A stretch of DNA of 41,857 nt from Elusimicrobiota bacterium. GTDB taxonomy: Bacteria > Elusimicrobiota > Elusimicrobia > UBA1565 > UBA9628. The notes below the pieces were generated by a model. That model made no database searches and was not told the origin of the DNA. It saw only the letters and a program-made list of their open reading frames with translations. The translations under genes and the position numbers were made by a program. This document shows, in pieces, positions 33,849 to 41,857 of this stretch. Position 1 is the first letter of the stretch. Each line of letters begins with the position of its first letter. The stretch is taken from NCBI GenBank assembly GCA_043783505.1, contig JAYVZL010000035.1, positions 1 to 41,857 of the forward strand, read 5' to 3'.

Positions 33849-34823
33849 ATGAGCCGCTCCTCACCGCTCTCTGAAGTTCGCCGCGTCCTCACCCTTGAGG
33901 CCCGCGCCCTGACCAGGGCCGCGGCCGCCGTGGACACGCGTTGGATCAAGGCCTTGGACCTGATCGCTGGATGCCGCGGCAAGCTCATCCTCACCGGGAT
34001 GGGCAAATCCGGCCTGGTCGCGCAGAAGATCGCCGCGACCTTTTCCTCAACTGGCACGCCCGCCCTGTTTCTCGACCCCGGGGAAGCTCTTCATGGCGGA
34101 TTGGGCGTCGTCCAAAAAGGCGATCTTATCCTTGCTATCGGGAAGTCCGGGGAGTCCGATGAGCTCAACGCCTTGCTGCCCGCCTTGCGCGCGCGCAAGA
34201 TCGCGCTCATCGCCATGACGTCCAATCCGCGCTCGACTTTGGCTAAGGCCGCGGCTTTGGTCCTGGAAATGCCTCTTGAAGCCGAGGCCTGCCCGCTCAA
34301 CCTCGCCCCCACCACCAGCACGACCGTGGCCATGGCCCTGGGCGACGCGCTGGCCGTGGCCCTCATGAAGCGGCGCAATTTCAAGGCCGAGCACTTCGCG
34401 GCCAATCATCCGGGCGGCCGCCTAGGCAAGCGGCTGACCTTGCGCGTGCGCGACGTGATGCGCGGGGGCAAAGACAATCCAACCGTCTTGCTAAACGCCT
34501 CGACGACCGAGCTGCTCACCGCGATCACCCGCCTGCAGGCCGGCGCCGCATCCATCGTCGACCGAGGCGGTCGCTTCCTGGGCCTGGTCACCGACTATGA
34601 CATCCGCCGCGCGCTCGAGGCCGGCGGCGACTTCCGCCGTCTTAAGATCGCCGCGATCATGAACGCCAAGCCCGCGACTATCTTTCCCGACGCGCTCGCC
34701 GCCGAGGCCGTCGAGATCATGGAAGACCGGCGCGCGCCCTTCAACGTCCTGCCCGTCGTCGACGGTCGCGGCCGCTCCGTCGGCCTGATCCAAATCCATG
34801 ACCTGCGCGCGCGAGGCCTCTGA
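33849..34823 (+). CDS. kpsF: Arabinose-5-phosphate isomerase (KpsF/GutQ/KdsD family, SIS + tandem CBS domains)
   Basis: 324 aa with GKLILTGMGKSGLVAQKIAATFSSTGTPALFLDPGEALHGGLG, and a C-terminal CBS pair (VMRGG..LLNAS.., IMNAKPATIFPD..). Confidence 0.9.
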   Translation: MSRSSPLSEVRRVLTLEARALTRAAAAVDTRWIKALDLIAGCRGKLILTGMGKSGLVAQKIAATFSSTGTPALFLDPGEALHGGLGVVQKGDLILAIGKSGESDELNALLPALRARKIALIAMTSNPRSTLAKAAALVLEMPLEAEACPLNLAPTTSTTVAMALGDALAVALMKRRNFKAEHFAANHPGGRLGKRLTLRVRDVMRGGKDNPTVLLNASTTELLTAITRLQAGAASIVDRGGRFLGLVTDYDIRRALEAGGDFRRLKIAAIMNAKPATIFPDALAAEAVEIMEDRRAPFNVLPVVDGRGRSVGLIQIHDLRARGL

Positions 34824-35584
34824 TGACCCTGAAAGAAAAGCTCCGGCGCGGCGTGCCCGCCATCGGCGCCTGGATCACCCTCGCCCACCCGGCCTTCGCC
34901 GAGATCGCGGCCCGCGCGGGCTTCGACTGGGTCGCCGTCGATCTCGAGCACAGCTCGATCACCATCCGCGAGTGCGAGGACTTGCTCCGCGTCCTCGACT
35001 TGGCCGGAACCACCCCGCTGGTGCGCCTGACCGCCAACGATCCGGACCTAATCAAGCGTGTGATGGATTCCGGCGCGCGCGGCGTGATCGTGCCCTGCGT
35101 CTCCACTCCCGAGGAAGCCGAGATCGCGGTCGAGGCGGTGCATTATCCGCCCCGCGGCCGTCGCGGCGTGGGGCTGGCCCGCGCTCACGCCTACGGCGCC
35201 GACTTCGCCGGCTATCTCAAGAGATTGGAACGCGAGGCGGTCGTCGTCGCAATGATCGAAAACGCCCAAGGCGTGGAGAACGCCGAGCACATCCTGGCCG
35301 TGCCCGGAGTGGACGCCTATTTTCTCGGGCCCTACGACCTGTCCGCCTCGCTCGGCGTCACGGGCAAGCTATCCCATCCGAAGGTCGAGAAAGCCATCGC
35401 CGCGGTCCGCGCCGCGGGCAAGCGCGCGCGCAAGCCCGGCGGCATTCACGTCATCGAACCCGATCCCGCCGCCCTGCGGCGACGTCTCAAAGAAGGCTTC
35501 GGCTTCATCGCCTACAGCCTCGAGACCCGCGTCTACGACACCGCCCTTCGCGCGGCTCTCAAAGGTCTCAGGGCGCCTCGGTGA
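34823..35584 (+). CDS. HpcH/HpaI-family class II (metal-dependent) pyruvate aldolase
   Basis: TGATG overlap with kpsF. Motifs: AIGAWITLAHPAFAEIAARAGFDWVAVDLEHSSI, PLVRL, YPPRGRRGVG, MIENAQGVENAEHILAVPGVDAYFLGPYDLSASLG. Confidence 0.85.
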   Translation: MTLKEKLRRGVPAIGAWITLAHPAFAEIAARAGFDWVAVDLEHSSITIRECEDLLRVLDLAGTTPLVRLTANDPDLIKRVMDSGARGVIVPCVSTPEEAEIAVEAVHYPPRGRRGVGLARAHAYGADFAGYLKRLEREAVVVAMIENAQGVENAEHILAVPGVDAYFLGPYDLSASLGVTGKLSHPKVEKAIAAVRAAGKRARKPGGIHVIEPDPAALRRRLKEGFGFIAYSLETRVYDTALRAALKGLRAPR

Positions 35585-36372
35585 AGCCCCGCGTCGTCGC
35601 CATCGTGCCCGCGCGCATGGCGTCCACGCGCTTTCCCGGCAAGCCGATGGCCGCCATCCGCGGCGTGCCCATGATCGGCCACTGCTACTTCCGCACGGCG
35701 ATGTCCAAGACCGTAGACGAGACCTGGGTCGCCACCTGCGACAAAGAAATCTACGACTACATCCGCTCCGCGGGCGGCAAGGCGGTCATGACCAAGGACA
35801 CGCACACGCGCTGCTCCGACCGCTGCGCCGAGGCCATGCTCAAGATCGAGGCCGAGACCGGAAAAAAGATCGACATCGTCGCCATGGTCCAAGGCGACGA
35901 GCCAATGGTCTGGCCAGACATGATCGACGATGCGGTGGCGCTGATGCTTAAGGACCCCCCCTGCCCCATCGCCTGCCTGATGGGCGACATCGAGACGGAG
36001 GAAGAGTTTGAGGATCCCAACTGCGTGAAGGTCGTCGTCGACAAAAACAATCGCGCCTTGTATTTCTCGCGCGAGCCCATCCCCACGCGCAAAAAGGGCG
36101 CCAAAAACGCGCCGCGGCGCCGCCAGGTCCCGATCATTCCCTTTCGCCGCGACTATCTCCTGCGCTTCAACGCGCTCGCTCCCACCCCGCTTGAGATCGC
36201 CGAATCCGTGGACTTGATGCGCTGCGTGGAGCACGGCGATCCCGTCATGCTGGCACTCACCAAGCGCCGCATCATCAGCGTGGACACCCCCGCCGACCTG
36301 GCCCGTGCCGAGGCCGCGATGGCCGGCGACATTTTGATATCCAAGTACGCGGCAGGAGCCGCCGCCAAATGA
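35581..36372 (+). CDS. kdsB: 3-deoxy-manno-octulosonate cytidylyltransferase family (CMP-Kdo synthetase-like)
   Basis: GTG 35581 overlaps the upstream stop (GTGA). Motifs: VVAIVPARMASTRFPGKPMA, MVQGDEPMV, DPNCVKVVVDKNNRALYFSREPIP, TPLEIAESVDLMR, VDTPADL. The track ORF 34798..36372 has a spurious 5' extension. The symbol is a family-level call, because the substrate may not be Kdo. Confidence 0.85.
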   Translation: MKPRVVAIVPARMASTRFPGKPMAAIRGVPMIGHCYFRTAMSKTVDETWVATCDKEIYDYIRSAGGKAVMTKDTHTRCSDRCAEAMLKIEAETGKKIDIVAMVQGDEPMVWPDMIDDAVALMLKDPPCPIACLMGDIETEEEFEDPNCVKVVVDKNNRALYFSREPIPTRKKGAKNAPRRRQVPIIPFRRDYLLRFNALAPTPLEIAESVDLMRCVEHGDPVMLALTKRRIISVDTPADLARAEAAMAGDILISKYAAGAAAK

Positions 36373-37418
36373 CGGGCAAGCTGCGCGTGGGCATCGCCGG
36401 CTACGGCGTCGTCGGCCGGCGCCGCCGTCTGCACATCGACAAGCACCCGCGCCTGAAGGTTATCGCAGTCAGCGAGGTTAAATTAGGACGAGACGGTGTC
36501 CTGCCAGACGGCGTGCGGCATTACGCCGATTACCGCGACCTCATCGCCAAGGAAACTCTCGACGTTCTGTTCGTGTCCCTGCCCAATCACCTTGCCGCCG
36601 ACGCGACGGTCCGCGGACTGACCAAAGGACTCCACACCTTCTGCGAGAAGCCGCCAGGCCGCGACCTGGCCGACGTGGCGCGTGTGCGCGCCGCCGAGCG
36701 CCGCCGTCCTAAGCTCAAGCTCAAGTACGGCTTCAATCATCGCTATCACGACTCGGTGCGCGATGCGCTCAAAGTTGTTCGCTCAGGCCGCCTTGGAGAG
36801 ATTCTCAATCTAAACGGCGTTTATGGGAAGAGCCACATCATCCCTTTCGACAAAGGCTGGCGCGCGCAACGGCGCTTCGCGGGCGGGGGCATCCTACTCG
36901 ACCAGGGCATCCACATGGTGGACCTGATGCGTCTGTTTGCGGGCGACTTCACCTCGGTCAGCAGCGTCGTCTCCAACGCCTACTGGAAGCACGACGTCGA
37001 GGACAACGCCTACGCCCTCATGAAGACGAAGGCCGGCGTCGTCGCCTTGATGCACTCCTCGGCCACGCTTTGGCGCCACCGCTTCAATCTCGACATCACT
37101 CTCGAGAAGGGCTCGCTGACCTTGGCCGGCATCCTCTCCGGCTCCAAGAGCTACGGCGCCGAGACCCTCACCACGGCGGTCGCCGCCAAGAACGACTCCG
37201 GCGACCCCGCCGAGACCATCACGCGCTATAATGAGGACAACTCCTGGCGCGAGGAGATCGTCGAGTTCGCCGACTGCGTGCTCAAGAACAAGCGCGTTCG
37301 GCACGGCGACTCCAAGGACGCACTGAAAACCATGGAACTCATCTATCGCATCTACTGCGCCGATCCGGCCTGGAAGAAGAAATACCGCCTCACCGACCGG
37401 GTTCCGGCGGCGCGATGA
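36369..37418 (+). CDS. Gfo/Idh/MocA-family NAD(P)-dependent oxidoreductase
   Basis: ATGA overlap with the upstream gene. Motifs: LRVGIAGYGVVGRRR, FCEKPP (EKP motif), GGGILLDQGIHMVDL. Confidence 0.85.
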   Translation: MTGKLRVGIAGYGVVGRRRRLHIDKHPRLKVIAVSEVKLGRDGVLPDGVRHYADYRDLIAKETLDVLFVSLPNHLAADATVRGLTKGLHTFCEKPPGRDLADVARVRAAERRRPKLKLKYGFNHRYHDSVRDALKVVRSGRLGEILNLNGVYGKSHIIPFDKGWRAQRRFAGGGILLDQGIHMVDLMRLFAGDFTSVSSVVSNAYWKHDVEDNAYALMKTKAGVVALMHSSATLWRHRFNLDITLEKGSLTLAGILSGSKSYGAETLTTAVAAKNDSGDPAETITRYNEDNSWREEIVEFADCVLKNKRVRHGDSKDALKTMELIYRIYCADPAWKKKYRLTDRVPAAR

Positions 37419-38134
37419 AAAAGATCCTCTCCGGACGCAAGGCCTTGGTCACCGGCGGCACACGCGGCATCGGCCGCGCGATCGCCGAGCGCCTGCGCGA
37501 CCAAGGTGCCGCGGTCACCGTCACCGGCACCCGGGCGGAAGGCAAGCCTCCCCGCGACTGCGCCTACGAGGCCGCCGACTTCGCCGATAAGGCCGGGACC
37601 GAGGCCTTCGCCGCCGCGATGGCGCGTCGGGGCTTTGACATCCTGGTCAACAACGCGGGGATCAACACCATCGCCCCGTTCGCCGCGATTGATCCCGCCG
37701 ACTACGACGCGATCCAGCGCGTGAACGTTCGCGCGCCCTTCCTCCTCTGCCGAGCTCTTCTGCCCGCGATGACGCGCCGCCGCTGGGGGCGCATCGTCAA
37801 CGTCAGCTCGATCTTCGGCGTGATCAGCAAGGAAAACCGCGGCGCGTACTCGGCGAGCAAGTTCGCGCTCGACGGGATGACGGCCGCACTGGCCGCCGAG
37901 GCCGCGGCCTCGGGCGTGCTCGCCAACTGCGTGGCGCCGGGCTACGTGGACACCGACCTCACGCGCCGCGTACTCGGCGCCAAAGGCATGAAGGAACTCG
38001 CCGCGCGCGTGCCCGCCAAGCGCCTGGCCCAGCCGCGCGAGATCGCAGCACTCGCGGCCTGGCTGTGCGGACCCGAGAACACCTACATCAGCGGCCAGAA
38101 CATAGTCATCGATGGCGGATTCTCCCGCGTCTGA
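37415..38134 (+). CDS. Classical short-chain dehydrogenase/reductase (FabG-like)
   Basis: ATGA overlap with the upstream gene. Motifs: ALVTGGTRGIGRAIA, NNAG, YSASKFAL, PGYVDTD. Confidence 0.9.
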   Translation: MKKILSGRKALVTGGTRGIGRAIAERLRDQGAAVTVTGTRAEGKPPRDCAYEAADFADKAGTEAFAAAMARRGFDILVNNAGINTIAPFAAIDPADYDAIQRVNVRAPFLLCRALLPAMTRRRWGRIVNVSSIFGVISKENRGAYSASKFALDGMTAALAAEAAASGVLANCVAPGYVDTDLTRRVLGAKGMKELAARVPAKRLAQPREIAALAAWLCGPENTYISGQNIVIDGGFSRV

Positions 38135-39203
38135 CCTCGTCGTTTCCTCCCACAAGGGACCGTACGCGGTGGAATTCCGCGGCGATCCCTTCGCGGAGCT
38201 GTGCGCGCTCGCCGGGGCGGGCGCGCACTTCATCATCGACGCCCGCGTGGCCGAGCTCTACGAGCGCGAGCTCGGGGCCGTGCTCGCCTCTCCTTCCGTT
38301 TATCGATTAAACGCGACGGAGGAAAATAAATCGATCGAGGCCATGCCTCCCGTGGTGCGCCACCTCGTCGGCAAAGGCCTGCGCCGCGGACAGACGCTCG
38401 CCGCCGTCGGCGGCGGGATCACCCAGGACGTCGCCTGCTTCCTGGCCGCGACGATGCTACGCGGGGTGGACTGGGTCTTCGCCCCGACGACCTTGCTCGC
38501 GATGGCCGACTCCTGCGTGGGCTCGAAAAGCTCGATCAACGGGGGCGGCGCCAAGAACGTTCTCGGGACTTTTACTCCTCCGAGGCGGATCATCCTCGGC
38601 GCCGTCTTCCTGAAGACGCTCGCGGACAAGGACGTGCGCTCCGGCGTCGGCGAGATGCTCAAGGTCCACGCCATAGAAGGTCCCACGTCTTTCGACGCCA
38701 TCGCCGCCGATTACGCGAGCCTTTTTACCGACCCCGCGATCATGACGCGCTACCTGCGCCGCTCGCTCGAGATCAAGAAGCCCATCGTCGAGGCCGACGA
38801 GTTCGACACCGGTCCGCGCCTGGTGATGAACTACGGCCACTCCTTCGGACACGCGCTCGAGGCGGCGACTGAGTTCGCCATTCCCCACGGCATCGCGGTC
38901 ACCATCGGCATGGACCTGGCCAACTTCGCCGCGGGGAAGTTGGGTCTGGGCGATAGGTCTCATTATCTCCGCATGCGCCCGACCTTGGCCGCCAACTGGC
39001 GCGGCTACGAAAAAGTTCCCGTCCCTCTGGGTGATTTTCTGGCCGCTCTTTCCAAGGACAAAAAGAACACGACCAAGGCGCTGGGACTTATCCTGCCCGG
39101 CCCCGACGGCCGCGTGCGCAAGGTCGAGGTCCCCTCCGATGAGAAGTTCCGCGCCGTCTGCGCCGAGCACCTCTCAAAAGGACGCTCAGAGATCCTGTCA
39201 TGA
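38112..39203 (+). CDS. 3-dehydroquinate-synthase superfamily enzyme (sugar-phosphate cyclase / DHQS-like)
   Basis: 363 aa with AVGGGITQDVACFLAA, VFAPTTLLAMADSCVGSKSSIN, GVGEMLKVHAIEG and NYGHSFGHALE (metal-binding His pair). Confidence 0.7.
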   Translation: MADSPASDLVVSSHKGPYAVEFRGDPFAELCALAGAGAHFIIDARVAELYERELGAVLASPSVYRLNATEENKSIEAMPPVVRHLVGKGLRRGQTLAAVGGGITQDVACFLAATMLRGVDWVFAPTTLLAMADSCVGSKSSINGGGAKNVLGTFTPPRRIILGAVFLKTLADKDVRSGVGEMLKVHAIEGPTSFDAIAADYASLFTDPAIMTRYLRRSLEIKKPIVEADEFDTGPRLVMNYGHSFGHALEAATEFAIPHGIAVTIGMDLANFAAGKLGLGDRSHYLRMRPTLAANWRGYEKVPVPLGDFLAALSKDKKNTTKALGLILPGPDGRVRKVEVPSDEKFRAVCAEHLSKGRSEILS

Positions 39204-40108
39204 GCAAGGTCGCCGTGGCCTCACGCTCATTTTCAAAACACGCGATGCTTCGCGCGGAGCTGTCGGCCCGCCACCCAGACGTGCGTTTTAACGACGCGGG
39301 CTCCTCCCTAAATGGAGAGGAGCTTGTTGCATTTTTATCTGACTGCGAAAAGGCCGTGCTGGCGCTGGAGATCGTCGATGACGGCCTGCTCGCACGGCTT
39401 CCCAATCTAAAGCTAATCAGTAAATTCGGCGTCGGTCTGGACTCTTTTGATCTAAAGGCAATAGAGAAACATGGCGTCAAACTCGCCTGGACGCCGGGCA
39501 CAAACTCGCGCTCCGTGGCCGAGCTGGCGCTGATGTCGGCGCTGGCTCTTTTGCACCGTGTGAGCGAAGCCGCCGCCGACTTGCGCGCCGGGACCTGGCG
39601 CCAGCTCAAGGGCTCGACTCTTACCGGCAAGACCGTCGGCCTCGTCGGCTTGGGCTCGGTGGGCCGCGACCTCGTCTCCCTGTTGGCCCCGTTCAACGTC
39701 CGCTTGCTCGCGCACGATCCGGCCGCGGATCGCCTCTTCGCCGAGACCAAAGGCGTACGACTTGTTTCCCTTGATGACCTGCTGCGCGAGAGCGACGTCG
39801 TCAGCCTGCACCTGCCGCTGACGCCCGCTACCAAGAATATTCTAGACGCCGAGCATCTGGCTTTGATGAAGCCGTCGTCCCTTCTTCTCAACACCGCGCG
39901 CGGCGGCCTCATCGACGAGGACGCGCTACTGGCTGCTCTCGACGCCGGGCACCTGGCCGGCGCCGCCCTCGACGCCTTCGCCGAGGAACCGACGAAGAAC
40001 GCGCGCCTGCTCTCCCACCGCAAGATCCTGGCCACGCCGCACATCGGCGGAAGCACCGAGGAAGCCATCCTCGCCATGGGCCGCGCGGCCATCGCCGGCC
40101 TCGGCTGA
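39200..40108 (+). CDS. D-isomer-specific 2-hydroxyacid dehydrogenase (phosphoglycerate-dehydrogenase-like)
   Basis: ATGA overlap with the upstream gene. Motifs: GKTVGLVGLGSVGRD, SLHLPLTPATKNILD, LLNTARGGLIDEDAL, TPHIGGST. Confidence 0.9.
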   Translation: MSKVAVASRSFSKHAMLRAELSARHPDVRFNDAGSSLNGEELVAFLSDCEKAVLALEIVDDGLLARLPNLKLISKFGVGLDSFDLKAIEKHGVKLAWTPGTNSRSVAELALMSALALLHRVSEAAADLRAGTWRQLKGSTLTGKTVGLVGLGSVGRDLVSLLAPFNVRLLAHDPAADRLFAETKGVRLVSLDDLLRESDVVSLHLPLTPATKNILDAEHLALMKPSSLLLNTARGGLIDEDALLAALDAGHLAGAALDAFAEEPTKNARLLSHRKILATPHIGGSTEEAILAMGRAAIAGLG

Positions 40109-41857
40109 TGAGCCGTCTGATCGTCTGCTGGACAAACCCGGTCGCAGCGCCTGAAGGTCCCCTCCTCAGCTTTCTGCCTCCGACCGCGGAGGAGGCGTTG
40201 GCCGGACACGTCTCGGGTCGATTTCTGCGCGCCCGCGAAATGCCCTCCGCGGCCCGCGCTCAAGCCCGCGCCGATTATCTCGGGACCGCAGCCAGAATAG
40301 GAGCCGAGCGAGTCGGCGGGCGGACTTTGCGCGAAGAGGCCTCCGACGGCAACGCCTGGTGGCACCACCCGGTTTCTTATAAGGATTGCGAAAATGACCC
40401 GACCTTCGCCCGCATCCTCGCCTTGCGCGCCATCCTGTGGGCCGCGGACGCGGTCTCGGCGGACGCCATCGAGACCTGGGGAGCTCCTCCCGAGATCGTC
40501 GCCGCGCTGAACGGCCGCTTCAAAGTCATCGTTCATGCCGCGCCTTGGTGCGTGCCGGAGCCCATCTGGTGGCTAAGGGCCCTGGCCTCGCGCGTCTTCG
40601 GTCTGATCCGATCCCTTCTCGATCTGATCGCCTGCATCGGCGCGCGTCCAGCCGGGCCCCGGCCAAACGTCCTGCTGCTCGGCTACTGGGACTGGTCCGT
40701 GCGCGAAGAGGACGGACGCCTCGTCGATCGCTACTTCAAGGCTCTTCCCGCTGAGATCGCCGCGCTCGGCCGTTCGGTCGGGCGCCTGTGCTGGCTCGAC
40801 GTCTTCGGCGATCCGGCCCGGGCCTCCCGTGGACGACGTGCCGCGGTGCGCGCCGCGAAATCAGAGAACATCGCCCTTCTTCAGTCCTATCTCGACATAG
40901 GAGACGCGCTCGAGGCGGCCTTCGAGCTCCGCCCGCTCTCGGCCTATCTGCGCCGTCGCAACGATCCCGATTTTCGGGTGATTTTTGAAATCGACGGACT
41001 CGACTTATTTCCTCTTTTCGCCGAGCGTCTCCTGCGCGGTTTTCTCGACGGCGGACTCCCGCGCTGCGCGCTCATCGAAAAAGCCTCGCAGCGCGCCTGC
41101 GCGGCACTCAAGCCGAAAGTCTGCGTCCATTTTCTCGAGCACCACCCGCATGCCCGCGCCGCCTTCGCGGGCGCGCGCGCGGCCGGAGCGCGCACCGCCG
41201 CCATCCAGCACGCCGGCTTCTGTCGCGAGAAGACTTTCTACTTCTTCGATCCCGCCCTCGAGTTCCGCGGCGATCCCGACGGCCGCGCGGTCCCCGCGCC
41301 CGACTTGGTCTTCGCCATGGGCGAGATGACGCGCAAGCATTTCCTCGACTGCGGCTATCCTTGCGAACGGGTTCTGACGACGGGCTCTCCGCGCTACGAT
41401 CATGTCCGCCCTCCGGTCCCGGCCAAAACCCGTTCCGGCGCGGGCGTGCGCGTTCTCTTGGCGCCGGCGCTCGATCTCGACGTCGAAGCCGCCTTACTCG
41501 CGGCCGCCGCGGCCGCGGCCCACGATGCGCCCGGCGTGGAATTGCGCCTGCGCGACCACCCCTTCGCTCCGCTCAGCCGGCGTCCCGAGTACGCCTCCGT
41601 CAAGGACCGCGTCGCGCTGTCGACCGGAAGCCTGGACGAAGACCTCGACTGGGCCGACTTGGTCCTGTTCAGCTACTCCACCGTCGCCGAGGAAGCCGTG
41701 CTCAAGGGCGTTCCCGCCTGGCAATGGAAGCCGGTGTCCTACGACGCCTCGGCCTTATCCGAAGCCGCCGACATCCCGCGCTTCACCTCGGTCGCGTCCC
41801 TGCGCGAGGCCCTAACCGGCTTCCGCTCCGGCCACGGACTTCCAAAGGACCGGACCC
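40108..41857 (+). CDS. Large uncharacterised protein, putative GT-B-like CMP/CDP-sugar-dependent transferase; 3' end lies beyond the right window edge
   Basis: Absent from the ORF track because it is open-ended. ATG 40108 overlaps the upstream stop (TGATG). I read 583 codons to the window end without a stop (MSRLIVCWTNPVAAP...WWHHPVSYKDCENDP...AAIQHAGFCREKTFYFFDP...VLTTGSPRYDH...VRVLLAPALD...ELRLRDHPF...DLVLFSYSTVAEEAVLKGVPAW...). The antisense 482-aa ORF 39088..40536 is Arg/Ser/Ala-rich and crosses two well-supported genes. Confidence 0.6.
   Translation, partial: MSRLIVCWTNPVAAPEGPLLSFLPPTAEEALAGHVSGRFLRAREMPSAARAQARADYLGTAARIGAERVGGRTLREEASDGNAWWHHPVSYKDCENDPTFARILALRAILWAADAVSADAIETWGAPPEIVAALNGRFKVIVHAAPWCVPEPIWWLRALASRVFGLIRSLLDLIACIGARPAGPRPNVLLLGYWDWSVREEDGRLVDRYFKALPAEIAALGRSVGRLCWLDVFGDPARASRGRRAAVRAAKSENIALLQSYLDIGDALEAAFELRPLSAYLRRRNDPDFRVIFEIDGLDLFPLFAERLLRGFLDGGLPRCALIEKASQRACAALKPKVCVHFLEHHPHARAAFAGARAAGARTAAIQHAGFCREKTFYFFDPALEFRGDPDGRAVPAPDLVFAMGEMTRKHFLDCGYPCERVLTTGSPRYDHVRPPVPAKTRSGAGVRVLLAPALDLDVEAALLAAAAAAAHDAPGVELRLRDHPFAPLSRRPEYASVKDRVALSTGSLDEDLDWADLVLFSYSTVAEEAVLKGVPAWQWKPVSYDASALSEAADIPRFTSVASLREALTGFRSGHGLPKDRT

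Noticed and set aside
39088-40536. 482-aa minus-strand ORF spanning the 2-hydroxyacid dehydrogenase and the start of the last gene
   Set aside because: It is extremely Arg/Ser/Ala-rich and crosses two well-supported + strand genes and their TGATG junction, so I treat it as a shadow ORF.
1-41857. Search for tRNA, rRNA, CRISPR arrays, transposases, integrases, terminal inverted repeats and toxin-antitoxin pairs
   Set aside because: I found none by eye. The intergenic regions are short (212 bp at most) and show no cloverleaf-like or spacer-repeat structure, and no ORF has recombinase or transposase motifs. A covariance-model or HMM scan would be needed for certainty.

Overview
High-GC bacterial chromosomal fragment. 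I saw no rRNA, tRNA, CRISPR array, transposase or integrase. The left end (1-3013, minus strand) carries an SPFH/Band-7 gene that is cut by the window edge. It is co-transcribed with an unusual 632-aa membrane protein (two Tim44-like + zinc-ribbon modules and a TerB-like tail) expressed from a TTGACA-N17-TACACT promoter that looks leaderless. ssb follows. Positions 3165-6900 hold a small membrane protein and a translationally coupled GT4 glycosyltransferase / amylo-alpha-1,6-glucosidase-family pair. Positions 6919-13394 form a deoxysugar module: NDP-hexose C-methyltransferase, 4,6-dehydratase, GT2 polyprenyl-phosphate glycosyltransferase, a convergent polytopic GT-C-like membrane protein, a sugar O-methyltransferase-like gene and a hexapeptide acetyltransferase. 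Positions 13489-16073 encode a lipoprotein and a secreted WCHAC thioredoxin-like protein. From 16202 to the right edge, 26 genes all lie on the + strand and most are joined by ATGA/GTGA/TGATG overlaps. They begin with a MarR-like regulator that has a promoter and a 7-3-7 palindrome. Sub-cluster A (16775-33636) is a nonulosonic-acid type pathway (epimerase/dehydratase, DegT aminotransferase, PIG-L deacetylase, radical SAM/SPASM, WbqC, NeuB-type synthase, PseG-like, CMP-transferase). It also carries four methyltransferases, a LIC12162-like transferase, a Wzx flippase, an SGNH hydrolase interrupted at an 11-C homopolymer, a second radical SAM/SPASM paralogue and an aldo/keto reductase. Sub-cluster B (33849-41857) has eight tightly coupled genes: KpsF arabinose-5-P isomerase, HpcH-type pyruvate aldolase, KdsB-like cytidylyltransferase, Gfo/Idh/MocA, SDR, dehydroquinate-synthase-like enzyme, D-2-hydroxyacid dehydrogenase and an open-ended putative CMP-sugar transferase. 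I rate sub-cluster B as the most likely undescribed system, a non-canonical CMP-activated Kdo-like or possibly carbocyclic sugar pathway. Other leads are the radical-SAM-containing nonulosonic block, the poly-C frameshift, a 21-23 bp motif present three times in intergenic DNA, and the Tim44/TerB-SPFH operon. All functional calls are motif recognition by eye, since no database search was possible. Many long antisense ORFs in the track are GC-rich shadow ORFs and were rejected.
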